This document shows, piece after piece, positions 1-14,329 of a stretch of 64,000 nt of DNA. The notes beneath the pieces were generated by a model. It saw nothing but the letters and a program-made list of their open reading frames with translations, was not told where the DNA came from and searched no databases. The first letter of the stretch is position 1. Each line of letters begins with the position of its first letter. Origin of the DNA: Octopus vulgaris (lineage: Eukaryota); contig OX597825.1 in the NCBI GenBank assembly GCA_951406725.2, forward strand, positions 76,446,001-76,510,000. Reading direction: 5' to 3'. The translations under genes were made by a program, and so were the position numbers.

Positions 1-60
1 ACTTTAGCATTTTCTAGAAAGTGCAGTTGAAGCAAAACAGTATATCTTCAGTAGTGAATA

Positions 61-323
61 CAGTTCTATATTTAAGAGATGAGGAATTATGTACATTATT
101 TACATTTGATGGATATTTGTCCTTATCTTGTTTGTTGTTAACACGTATCAGCTGATATACCCTCCAAGCCTTCATCAGGTGTCTTGGGGAAATTTCGAAC
201 CTGGGTTCTCATTCCTCAGGTATTTTTTGATGTTGTTGTTGTTGTTGTTGTCATTATTCAGGTCACTGCCTGGAATCAAACTCGGAATATTGGGGTTAGT
301 AGCCTGTGCTCTTAACCACTATG
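61..323 (-). mobile_element. tRNA-headed SINE with hammerhead-like tail (copy 1)
   Basis: Reverse complement of 463-692; A/B boxes; CTGATGA-stem-GA(T)A motif. Confidence 0.75.
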
Positions 324-462
324 AAATATAGTTATAGAAATTACATATATTGATGGAAAAAAATATATATACCATTTATACAAACAGAAATCATTTTATA
401 TTTATGATACCATAATGTAATGTAGGGAAAAAATTTAAGTATTTCCTCGAAAGTGCAGCTGT

Positions 463-692
463 CATAGTGGTTAAGAGTATGGCGACTAACCCCAAGATTC
501 TGAGTTCGATTCCAGGCAGTGACCTGAATAATAATAATAAAAATAATAATAATAGCATTGAAAAATACCTTAGGAATGATAACCCAGGTTCGAAATTTCT
601 CCAAGACACCTGATGAAGGCTGGAGGGTATATCAGCCAAAACGTGTTAACAACAAACAAGATGAGGACAAATATACATAATGTAAATAATGT
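463..692 (+). mobile_element. tRNA-headed SINE with hammerhead-like tail (copy 2)
   Basis: A box TAGTGGTTAAG, B box GAGTTCGATTCC, (AAT)n spacer, then GACAC-CTGATGA-A-GGCTG..CAGCC-AAAAC-GTGTT. Confidence 0.75.
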
Positions 693-949
693 TCAGTAGT
701 GAAGAATGAAGAATCTGAACATTCAAACTTTGTTTATTTACAGTTGGTTTATTCATAATAATTGTCTGACCTATGTTTCAATTGCATTAATTGCATGTTG
801 TAATTCAAATATCAAACCTATTTCAACAGTATATTGAAATTATTACTGAATTAATAATGCTTTATATTGTGTTGCTTCACTGTTTTATACTCAATCTACA
901 CTAAGGAATTCCAGTGGTAGATACAGCAACATCTGTGTAATATCAGGTA

Positions 950-1560
950 CATTTTCAAACCCCAAGACAAAGAGAAAAAATAGACAAAAAAGGAAAACCA
1001 AAATAAGAAGTACAAAAGCATACAAAGAAGAATTGTGCAACAAGGGACTACACAATTAATTCCATGTAGTCACAACAGAAGTTGCTGGAAAAAATAGGTA
1101 GGATTGCCTGAAGAAAAGAACACTAAAAAAAGAGACTGAGAGTACTGTACTGGCAGCACAAGACCAAGCTTTGGCCATGAACTGGAATGAGCAAGTGTCT
1201 CTGTTGTGTTGCATCTGTAATAGACTGGATGAAACCATTACCCATATCACAAACGTATGCCATAGACTTGCGCAAAACCACTACAAGTTGTGGGGACATG
1301 ATCAGGTAGTGAAAGAGCTGCATTGGAAACTGTGCAAAAAGTGGGGGCTAGTGAGAGGCAAGATGTGATATGAGTACAAACTGCAGAGAGTGGCAGTGTC
1401 GGGGACTTGCAAAATTCTCTGGGATTACCCAATCCAAATATATCAGGTGCTAGAGAATAACAGACTGGGCCTAGTGGTGGTCGTTAAGAGGCACTACATG
1501 TGCTATATAGTTGGTGTTGCATGCTCCTTTGTCCCATGAATAATCAAGATGGAAGGTGAA
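950..1560 (+). mobile_element. Degenerate non-LTR retrotransposon C-terminal fragment, R4/Dong-like (CCHC zinc knuckle plus RLE region)
   Basis: LKKETESTVLAAQDQAL; CCIC..DETITHITNVC..LA..HY...HDQV...LHWKLC; KILWD; stops present. Confidence 0.7.
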
Positions 1561-1802
1561 AAAATAGATGGCTAGAATAATCAGGAAAGTATTAGATAAC
1601 TGAAAAGAATGGATAGCATGGTACAGTAGACTGCAGGTTGCAAGCCTGCTATGCATGCAGAACTCCAGGAGTTCAAACACAACCTGTGATGAAAAGAAAT
1701 GATGATGATGATGATAATAATAATAATATCAACAACAATTAGATTCTGTCTTGATAATGATTTCTTTATTAATCACAAGGAATTTACATTGAGTGTGTGT
1801 GT

Positions 1803-1850
<48 letters not shown>

Positions 1851-1858
1851 ATATACTA

Positions 1859-2170
1859 ATGGTTTCAAATTCTGGCTTAAGGCCTGTAATTTTAGGAGGT
1901 GAGGCTTGTATGATTTCATCAACCTTAGTGTTCAAATGATTTAATTCCATTGAGCCTGGAAAGATAAAGAGCAAGGCCATATCATACTGGGATTGCCTTT
2001 GCCTGTCTTTTTAATGTGCATAGAGTACTATGTGTCAAGTGTCAAAGTTATCACTGAGCAATGCGAGATGAAATATGTTGCTTAAAAACAATATGCACCA
2101 TCTAGTAGAGGGATTGAAACTATGATCACTAAGTTGTGAATGCAACACCCTAACCACAAAGCCATACACC
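1859..2170 (-). mobile_element. Degenerate SINE
   Basis: Reverse tRNA-like head (gggattgaa...ccctaaccac) and body similar to other SINEs in the window. Confidence 0.5.
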
Positions 2171-2512
2171 CCAGTAGCAATAAAAATAATGATGCTAATA
2201 ATGATAATAATAATAGATTGATTTTAAAAAATACAATTTATTTTTTTAAATGGTTTTATACTAAGATTTTTTGTAAGTTAAAAATAATGAGAAATTATTC
2301 CATATATTATTTTGAAATTATTCATTATGGGGTATATTTTTCAAATTTTCTGGGTGATGATGTCACTGTCTAAAAAAGTAAGATACAGTTTCTGAAATTT
2401 AAAAAAATCATGCCAAACTACCAAGCATTAAAATTTTATCTTAATATATATTTGTCAGGTTATGTGTTGAGTTGTTCAATACGAGGATTATCAACAAGGT
2501 GAGGAGTTCTTT

Positions 2513-2783
2513 TTATGCAAGTTCTTCATATATATGGATTTCTAGATCTGAATAGAATGGTTGTTGTGTGGGTTTATTGATGTAAACTGAACTGGGATTT
2601 TTCATATGGCAATATCCATCTTCAACAAGATCTTGAGATTTAAGCTGTGAAGATGGTAATTCTTGATTGCGTTTGCTGATACAAACTGGAGTAGTATTTT
2701 GCATGGAGTAATAATGATTTTCATTTACATCTTGAAGTTTTGATGTGTTACCTCTGTTTACACTGTTTCTGAACACTTTCTTT
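2513..2783 (-). CDS. Receptor-like gene, terminal coding exon 10 (cytoplasmic tail with Tyr motifs, ends HIYEELA*)
   Basis: 3' part of ORF 2513-2863; tctattgcAG acceptor, phase 2 matches exon 9; motifs YYSM, YCHM, YIN, YSDL, YEEL. Confidence 0.85.
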
Positions 2784-3154
2784 CTGCAATAGACAATACA
2801 TACATACATATATATATATATCCACACACACACACACACAGAGAGAGGCACACAGACACACATTTATATAAATAGATAGATTGATAGATATATAGATAGG
2901 TAGATAGGTATATAGATAGATATAGATAGTCAATTCAAATAAATGATTAATATTAAAAATTAACAATAACAGATAAGAAGACATACTCAGGGAATGTATT
3001 AGCTTGACACTCAGTAAAAGGATATGTATGTATGTACTATAAATTGTGACTAAGGTTTGGTGGAAGATTTTGATTTAGAACTTTTGAAAACACGACATTT
3101 GTCTTGCAGAGCCAGAGGTAGTTTCAGGCAGATTGGTATGAAAAGGGTTAATCA

Positions 3155-3197
<43 letters not shown>

Positions 3198-3229
3198 GTA
3201 TATATATATATATATGTATATACATATAT

Positions 3230-3402
3230 AACGGGAGGCTTTATGAAAATAAACAAAAGACGAAGGCAGGTGGAAAACAAACGAACAATTGTATTAGTAT
3301 GGCGCTCAGGAAATATAAATAAAACAAGTCTTTAACGTTTCGAGCCTACGCTCTTCAACAGAAAGATACACAGAGAGAGAAAAACACAGAAAGAAGGAGA
3401 GA
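3230..3402 (-). mobile_element. Penelope-like terminal-repeat fragment carrying a minimal hammerhead-like motif
   Basis: Minus 3330-3365: CTTT CTGTTGA A GAGC-GTAG-GCTC GAAA CGT T AAAG; shares a GCTCAGGAAA motif with 3690-3780 and 48524-48720. Confidence 0.6.
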
Positions 3403-3417
3403 ATGTATATGCTTTAT

Positions 3418-3657
3418 TAGAGTAATATGCTTTATTTAAAAGCAGCAGAAATATAACAAAAAAATATAACAAAAAGCAGCAGAAATATAACAAAAGCTGT
3501 TATTCAGAGTTTCACATTCCCGTTCGTCAGCCAGTTTATATAAGTATATATATATATATATATATATATATTCTTCCATTTTTCCTGAGCGCCTAATAAT
3601 AATAATACTTTAATTGTTCCACGTGTTGTTGTTTTTTCTGTTTTCCCGTTTGGATTA

Positions 3658-3693
<36 letters not shown>

Positions 3694-3895
3694 TAATCCA
3701 AACGGGAAAACAGAAAAAACAACAACACGTGGAACAATTAAAGTATTATTATTATTAGGCGCTCAGGAAAAATGGAAGAATATATATATATATATATATA
3801 TACTTATATAAACTGGCTGACGAACGGGAACGTGAAACTCTGAATAACAGCTTTTGTTATATTTCTGCTGCTTTTAAATAAAGCATATTACTCTA
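3418..3895. repeat. Near-perfect fold-back palindrome centred on (TA)n at ~3662-3688; Penelope-like repeat arms
   Basis: Left arm 3418-3661 is the reverse complement of 3690-3895, apart from a small tandem duplication and one mismatch. Confidence 0.95.
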
Positions 3896-3951
3896 CCTCT
3901 GGTGTTTGAGTACTCTTTTTCCACCTTGTTTCACATTTATGTGCTTACTCC

Positions 3952-3992
<41 letters not shown>

Positions 3993-4558
3993 GAAAGCAG
4001 AGTTAGCAGTTGTAATAACCATCTAAGGGATAAGAATATCCGTTCTTACTACCAGTATCATTTACCTATGTTATACTTGGGCATGGGTATGCAAGCATAC
4101 TATACACATAGGGTACAGGTTATAACAGAATAAACAAAAGTTTATCAGGAATCAAATTTAAATAAGCAGAAAATGGAGAAAACTTTTGATCAAACATTTT
4201 CTCTATTTTCTGCTTATTTAAATTTATATAATTTACACACACACACACACACACACACAATACATATTATAATAATAACAATAATAACCTGCAGATGGAA
4301 ATTCATATGCTTTATCAATGCATCACAACATATGTTTCTGCACCTACACACTCATTATGTAACAATTTTTCATATTCATAAGATACTACTGAAGATTACT
4401 CTTAATCCTCATGAATCTAAGAGTAATCTTCAGTAGTATCTTGTGAATATGAAAAATTGAATCTTATCCCACCAAACAGATAACAAAACCTTATGTGGGT
4501 GAAGATCTTTAGCTTGGGGTACCTGTGTTTCTCATTTCTTTACCCACTATATATATCC

Positions 4559-4601
<43 letters not shown>

Positions 4602-4895
4602 TAGATAGATATACATATATATATATATATATATGTTTGTATGTGTGTGTATATATGTATACATATGTGCATAGGTATAAATGAGAATCCCCTTATTTAC
4701 CTAAAACTCTATTCCCTTTTTTTATATATATATTTTTTTATTTTTTTATTTATTCTTCTATCTAATTTAACACTGACTCCTTGACCACTCCCCCAAGTAT
4801 GATATTTTGCGCTATGCCTACCCCCAAAAAGTCCCCCACCAACACCCCTTTAAACCTGCCTAAATGTATAAATGCCAATACAATTCTTCTTAACT

Positions 4896-4946
4896 AGCTT
4901 CCTGAAGATTTCTCTTGAATGAAACAGTTCTAGTCCTGTAGAAGCT
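4896..4946 (+). ncRNA. Type I hammerhead ribozyme motif (near canonical)
   Basis: Stem I AGCTTC/GAAGCT; core CTGAAGA; stem II TTC-TCTT-GAA closed by a T.T mismatch; GAAA; stem III ACAG/CTGT; cleavage triplet GTA ending at 4940. Confidence 0.7.
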
Positions 4947-5036
4947 CCTTCTATATAATAATAAATAAATTAATTTTACTCTGCTATGTATTGAGTACCT
5001 TATTTACTGTGGTTAACCCCGAATCAACCCGGGACC

Positions 5037-5094
<58 letters not shown>

Positions 5095-5095
5095 T

Positions 5096-5152
<57 letters not shown>

Positions 5153-5153
5153 T

Positions 5154-5186
<33 letters not shown>

Positions 5187-5280
5187 TAGATAGATATACA
5201 TATATAGATATATATATATATATAGATAGATAGATATACATATATATATATATATATATATAGATAGATAGATATACATA

Positions 5281-5311
<31 letters not shown>

Positions 5312-5368
5312 AGATATACATATATATATATATATAGATATACATATATATATATATATAGATATACA

Positions 5369-5647
5369 TAATATTAATTCGAGACAAAACCACTATTTTG
5401 CAAATCAAACAAGGAAAGACTTAATCAATACATAAAAAATTTTAATATAAAGTAAATATTTACTTTATTTATTTATTTACTTTATATTAAAATTTTTTTA
5501 TGTATTGATTAAGTCTTTCCTTGTTTGAATTTGCAAAATAGTGGTTTTGTCTCGAATTAATATTATATAATATTTTACTATAAAATTGGATTTAATCCTA
5601 AATCTGATTTTTTCCCTGTAAATTTGGATTTATTCCTAATATTTATT
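5369..5647. repeat. Fold-back repeat element within (TA)n; same family as 62578-62812
   Basis: Arms ~5369-5457 and ~5475-5562 are reverse complements (gagacaaaaccactattttgcaaa...). Confidence 0.9.
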
Positions 5648-5656
5648 ATTATATAG

Positions 5657-5747
<91 letters not shown>

Positions 5748-5840
5748 CATATATATATACATATATATGTGATTTTTTTGATTTTTGATTTTTCTAGTTT
5801 CAGCTAATGAGCTGTGGCCATGCTGGGGCACCGCCATTTA

Positions 5841-5871
<31 letters not shown>

Positions 5872-6019
5872 CCATATATATATATATATCCATATATATA
5901 TATATATCCATATATATATATATATCCATATATATATATATATATCCATATATATATATATATATATATATATATCCATACCTACATACCTACATCTATA
6001 TGTATATATACATGCATAT

Positions 6020-6800
6020 ATGGGTACAAAACATAAAAAAAAAACATTGTACACAATGAGAAACGAAAACATAAAAATAAAAACATGGAAACAAACTATT
6101 TTTCAAAAAACAAAATAATAGAGTACAAGACATACAACACAAGGAATATTCCCCTTCTTCAGTTGTCCCTGTTTTGCCTACTCTGTGTTCGAAGGCAAGG
6201 ACAAGATGCAACTTTGTTGAAACAGTCCTTCCCGCAAAGCAAATTAAATAAAATTTGGGATTTTTTGCAGAGGGGTAAAAGTGGTAACATGAGCAGGACA
6301 GTAAGAACAAAACAAGACGACAGTAAAAACAGTAAAAGACAGAACAAAGAGAATAACTCAGTAAAAACAAATGATGAGGGCTGTTAAGCCAAGACATTGG
6401 AAAAATTATTCTGAACGTTTGAGGAGACAGCTTATTATGAGAGAGACAGGATAAGCGGTCTTGTCTTGGTGAAGATAGCAGTTCGAAAGATGCCTTCCCT
6501 CTGATCACGTATCAGTGACGAGAGAGTCGAGGAGGAGGAGGAGTAAGAGAGAGGGAACAGTGAAAGGGAGAGGAGAAGAATGACAGGGACACAGTGAAGT
6601 GAAAGAGGAAGGAAAGTGAGCATGAACAGAAGTCAAGAAAATGTGAGAGAGGGGGAACGAAAGAACGAAGTGTGGAATGAACGAAGTATGCGTGAAAGGG
6701 CTGATAGACAGAAGGAAAGAATAAAGTCGTACAAGATTTAGTGTACCCTTTTTGTATCACCAAACTGTGTGGATGTCTTGTGTTCTAGTCCCATTATGTA
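6020..6800. repeat. Unclassified interspersed repeat, purine-rich on + strand
   Basis: Complex non-coding block bounded by microsatellites; no credible protein; class not determined. Confidence 0.35.
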
Positions 6801-6839
6801 TTTTTTATATAATTATATATATATGCAGAAATAAACATA

Positions 6840-9475
<2,636 letters not shown>

Positions 9476-9616
9476 TAAAGAAAAAAATATATATCCATAT
9501 GTGTATGTGTGTGTGTGTGCGTGCTGTGTGTGTATGTATGTACACATATGTGCATGCACATGCAAAAATAAGTAGGAAATAAATTGAGAGTAAAGAATAA
9601 TATTATATGATTTTAC

Positions 9617-9671
9617 CTGACAATGAAAATCATGATCAAGCATAATATAAGGACTACAAGGGGACCAACAA
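9617..9671 (-). CDS. Receptor-like gene, coding exon 9 (transmembrane helix VVGPLVVLILCLIMIFIV)
   Basis: ttttttctttAG acceptor, AG|GTAAAA donor, phase 1->2; strongly hydrophobic, followed by RKK stop-transfer after splicing. Confidence 0.85.
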
Positions 9672-10004
9672 CTAAAGAAAAAATGAATAAGATATTCAAT
9701 CAAACAATATTTTATGTATGCTTAAGTCTCTGCTAATATACTTAATGTAATAATTGAAAACAAATAATTCTCCATTCAAAGTTACTAATGTAATTAAAAG
9801 AAAATTTATTAGCTTAAGTGAGAATTGGTGTCAGAATCAAGACACTTCCAAGATAAAGATTGTTAAAAAAACTCCCCAGTAAAATACAGTAATATTTGTT
9901 CTTACCAGACTGCACACACTCCCTCCTGCACAATTACATTGTTTTAAAATAGTTTGAATGTTGAAGTTTTTGACAAGGATTATTGTTAATTATTGTCTTT
10001 TTTT

Positions 10005-10400
10005 TCTTTTACTTGTTTCAGTCATTAGACTGTGGCCATACTGGGGCACTGGCTTGAATAATTTTTGTTGAATGAATTGACTGCAGTATTTTCTTTAAAA
10101 TTTTGGTACTTATTCTATCAATCTCTTTTCCCAAACTGCTAAGTTACTGGGACGTAAACGCATCAACACCAGTTGTCAAGCTGTGAGAGAGGAGAGAAAC
10201 AGACACAAAGACACACAGTGATACATATATATGTATATATAACAAGCTTTTTAGTTTCTGTTTACCAAATCCACTCACAAGGTTTTAGTCAGCCTGAAGC
10301 TATAGTAGAAGATACTTGCTCATGGTGCAATGAAGTAGGACTGAACTCAGAACCATGTAGTTGGGAAGCAAGCTTTTTACCAAACAAGCACACCTGCACG
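10005..10400 (-). mobile_element. tRNA-derived SINE with CR1-like tail
   Basis: Reverse complement of the family seen intact at 56528-56940. Confidence 0.8.
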
Positions 10401-10917
10401 TAATGATTTTTCATACTTATGAGTTTTCTTTTCATAGTCAGTGTAATTTTATCTCTTAACTACCTGTACGATGACCCAGTACCATAAGGAAATGTACAAA
10501 CTTTGTTTAGATTCATTTGGAGGGCAGTAGGGAACTGTCTGATGTAAGGAGGGAAAACCCTAATCCCTTCTTCTATCATTCAGCTTTGTTTTATCTCAGA
10601 ATCATTAGAAAACTGTGCTTTTGACTTGGAAAATTTTCCATATGATTTTAAGAGTTAATTAAATATTTTGGGGTGGGAAAGTTAATGTATTAAATTTGAA
10701 AACCTCGCTTAACTCCCTTGTCTTTCATTCAGACATTCTAGCTGCAGTTTTTAAATTCCCAAATACTAGCTTAATGATAAATTTATTACTCTAAATTCTT
10801 CTTTACTTTCAAAATTAATTAAAATAGATGAAGAATAATTGAATAAAAATATAGTAACAAAAGGGGTTAATCTCATTCACACATTTTTGGGGCTGTTATC
10901 AAACTGTCAATCTCATT

Positions 10918-10962
<45 letters not shown>

Positions 10963-10988
10963 GTTTAACGAAAGAAATAGATAATTAC

Positions 10989-11036
10989 CTATTTTTATGA
11001 GGAGATATGATTCATTTGATTGCAGTTCTTCTTTCT
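10989..11036 (-). CDS. Receptor-like gene, coding exon 8 (juxtamembrane stalk KEELQSNESYLLIKI)
   Basis: ttcttcactttctAG acceptor, AG|GTAATT donor, 48 nt, phase 1->1. Confidence 0.7.
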
Positions 11037-11374
11037 CTAGAAAGTGAAGAATAAATTTTAATTACAAATTGACAAAAATATCTCTGAAATACATAAAAAC
11101 ATTATCATTGAACTGAGAATATTATCATTGAACTCCACTGGATTTGGTTAAAAAGAGATGATGAGCGTTGGCAAGAAGAATATTGAGGTTTATTTGATAA
11201 TCAGTTGATCTAGTAAGCGGGGTGCCTCATATCAGTGAGGACGCAATGGTGCCATTGAGAAGTAAGCCCTGAAACAGCACACATTCTCTTTTGATGACCC
11301 CACACACTTGCTGGCTTCCAGTATGCAGAACTTTTGACTGGTAGCACTTGCATGTGCAAGTTGTTTGCAAAACA

Positions 11375-11408
<34 letters not shown>

Positions 11409-11689
11409 TATTAATGAAAGTACAGTATTATTTATCCATCATGGCCAATTTTACCAATTGGTTTCTCACAAGGGGTCAACAGCTAGTTTATTCCCACAAG
11501 TATTCTTTGACATGTACATCTGTTCTTGTCTTCTGGCAGAAGTCATGTCACATATTTGTTTTCTTTTTCTACATCACATACACATATATAGATATATACA
11601 TCATGTACCAACTGCATGAGACTCATTGTATATATTTGCTGATACTATATTTCAAGATGTATCTTAACAGCTTTGTCGTGTCAATGCTT

Positions 11690-13235
11690 TTCAAAGGTTT
11701 GAATAAATCATCACATCTAATCCTCCTGGTTTTCTGTTTCTTCCTTTATCTACACGCACACATACATTGGAACTCAAACCAGCTTTATCCTTCAGTACAA
11801 CTGAAATGTATAAGAAGAAAGCTGGGTATAAAATGCACCAGATGTATGCAAAAGAGAAGACTGTGCTGGTTAGTCACATGATGCATATGGATGAGGCCAG
11901 CTGCATTAAGAAGTGCTGAGCTCATAGTAGAGGGAACCTGGAGGAGGAGTAGACCTATGAAGACGTGGGAACAAGTGGTGAGAAAGGGTCTTCAGATCCT
12001 GAACCTCATTGAAGAAATGACAAGGGAATAGGAATTGTGGCGATTTGCTGTACTTGATGTGAAACATCAAGTTAAGTAAATTTGCTGTTATCCTTTACAG
12101 GTGCTAGTCCCACATAAAATGCATGTTCATATTTATGTGTGTGTAAAATAATATATATATATATATATATATCAACAAGCCATGTACAGTGATGTTGTCA
12201 ATAAGGTGTGAGTTGGCCATGAATACAGCGATGACTTTAGTGTACAAGTAGAGGCTCGCCAAAGTTCAGTTCTCAGCCCAATCCTATTCATCAAAGTCCT
12301 CCAGGCCATAACTGGATCCCCATGGGAACTACTTTATGCTGATGACCTCGCCCTTATTGCAGAATCCATAGTAGAAATGGAGAAGAAATTCCAGGTATGG
12401 GAGCAAAACCTGGAACAAAGGGCCTTAAAATCAAGCTAGCTAAGATCAAAGATATTGTTAGCAAGAAAGCAAATAAGCCTCTAATTCCACCAGGTAAAAG
12501 GCCCAGCGTAATCTGTAGGGAAGGAGTAGGAAGTAGACTATGGACACATAAGAGATGCAGTGGAATCAGGGGTAGATTAACTGCTAAGGTCAACTTTGTG
12601 TGTGGCAGATGTGCAGGAACAATAAGCACTAAGAGCACACCAAATTCAGTCTCTCTCAAATGTTCAGGAGGCTCTCTCAAGGTAGTAGTTAATTTCTGTT
12701 ACTTAGGTGACCAAATCAGCAATGGGAACGGATGCTCTGAAAGTATTGTTTCTAGAATATGAATGGGATGGAGAAATTTCAGAGAGCTACTACCTCTGTT
12801 GGACACAAAGGACTCTCTCTGAAAGTGAAAGGTAGATTGTATGATGCTTGAGTATGAACAGTTACATTCCATGGGCTCTGATTGTAGAGGACATGCATAG
12901 ACTAGAGAGAAACAAAAGAAGTATGTTCCACCAGATGTGCATGAATGACAAATTGCAAATACATTGAGAGAAAAGTTGGGCATAAGAGGAATCAAGTACA
13001 GTATGCAAGAGACTACATTGGTCTGGACATGTGATATGTATGAATGAAGACAGCCTTACAAAGAAGTGCCAGTCACTGAAAGTGGATGGCACCTGTGGAA
13101 AAGGGAGACCCAGTAAAACATAAGATGAAGTGGTGAGGATTGATCTCAGGATGCTGGGATTCACAGAGGAAATGACACTGGACGCAGATGTCTGGCGATA
13201 TGAGGTTCTAAAGAAGACCTGCCCATGTCAGCGAA
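11690..13235 (+). mobile_element. Two degenerate RTE-clade LINE 3' fragments
   Basis: PWELLYADDL, WTHKRCSG, FVCGRC, YLGD, and GRP.KTW-like segments, with stops and frameshifts. Confidence 0.8.
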
Positions 13236-14329
13236 CCTGAGTTCTAGAAGCGTTGTGTCCCGCAATAAAACTTTCACACACCCTACTCCAGCAAACCAAT
13301 CTACATTCCCCACTTCTCTCCCAAAGTGTTTTTCTTCTCTTCCCCACATTTCCTCTTCATAATCACTTATCAGTATGGTGGGCACATAAGCCAGATCGAT
13401 TACCTCCTTACCAGGCAATTGTTAACTCTCCCTCTCCTCTCGCACACACACTCATGCACACAGGCACTCACACACATGCACATACACACACTCACACACA
13501 CAAATATTTTTAGACCTGTAAAGTGTTCAATGGCTCAGATTGCAGCAAACCACCTGAACTTGTTGGGATTGTTGATCGCTTCAGTTTGTTGAATCTCTTA
13601 ATATGTACACTTCACTCACAAAACTAAAGCAGTGTACTTCAACTACCTGCTGAACTATTTTGATACCAACTTAATATCACCCCTCATTCTGTGACTCAAA
13701 ATTCCAGCTTTAAAGTGATCTAAATTAAAACCTTCCAATAAAATTATTCATTAATTAATTCATTTTCAAAATAAGTTGAAAGCAAAGTAGTGAATTTTAA
13801 TGAAAATATTGTAAGAAAAGTGTTAACAGTGAACTGTCATTCAAGAATGTGTGACAACAGTAATTTCTGTTGTAAAATAGGCATTAATGCAAAATGGATA
13901 TACAATTAATATAATGACATATTAATTGATCTAATTAATAGATGCAGACATGGCTGTGTCATTAACAAGTTTGGTTTGGAATCATGACATTAGGTTCAAT
14001 CTCACCATGTGGCACTTTGGACAGATGTCTTTTGCTTCAGCCCTAAGCTGAACATTGTTGTACTTAAATGCTTAAAGAGCTGTTCTTGAAATATCTTTGA
14101 CCCCCTCATCTAATCTTAGCTCTTATGACACTAGCGTAGGTTCAGTTCTTTGTATGTTACTTAGCTTAGATGGCAAAACTTTATAGCTACTTCTAACAAT
14201 CTGACTCAGTATTCTAGAGCTTTGTTTCAAGTTGCTTGCATATCCTGCTGATACCCCAGTGCATCTGATCCTGTCTAACATGAACTTAGAGAAATTTCAC
14301 CTGCTTTCAAATTTCACAAAGTTTGCCAC

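Noticed and set aside
4984-6118. Many ORFs of [12 protein letters not shown] type (also ~8000, 18255, 29640, 47002, 48142, 62739-63570)
   Set aside because: Translations of (TA)n, (CA)n and (TATC)n microsatellites
9906-9925. 20-nt candidate microexon (GGSVCSL) with GTAAG donor, minus strand
   Set aside because: Phase 1->0 would break the frame into the TM exon; weak polypyrimidine tract
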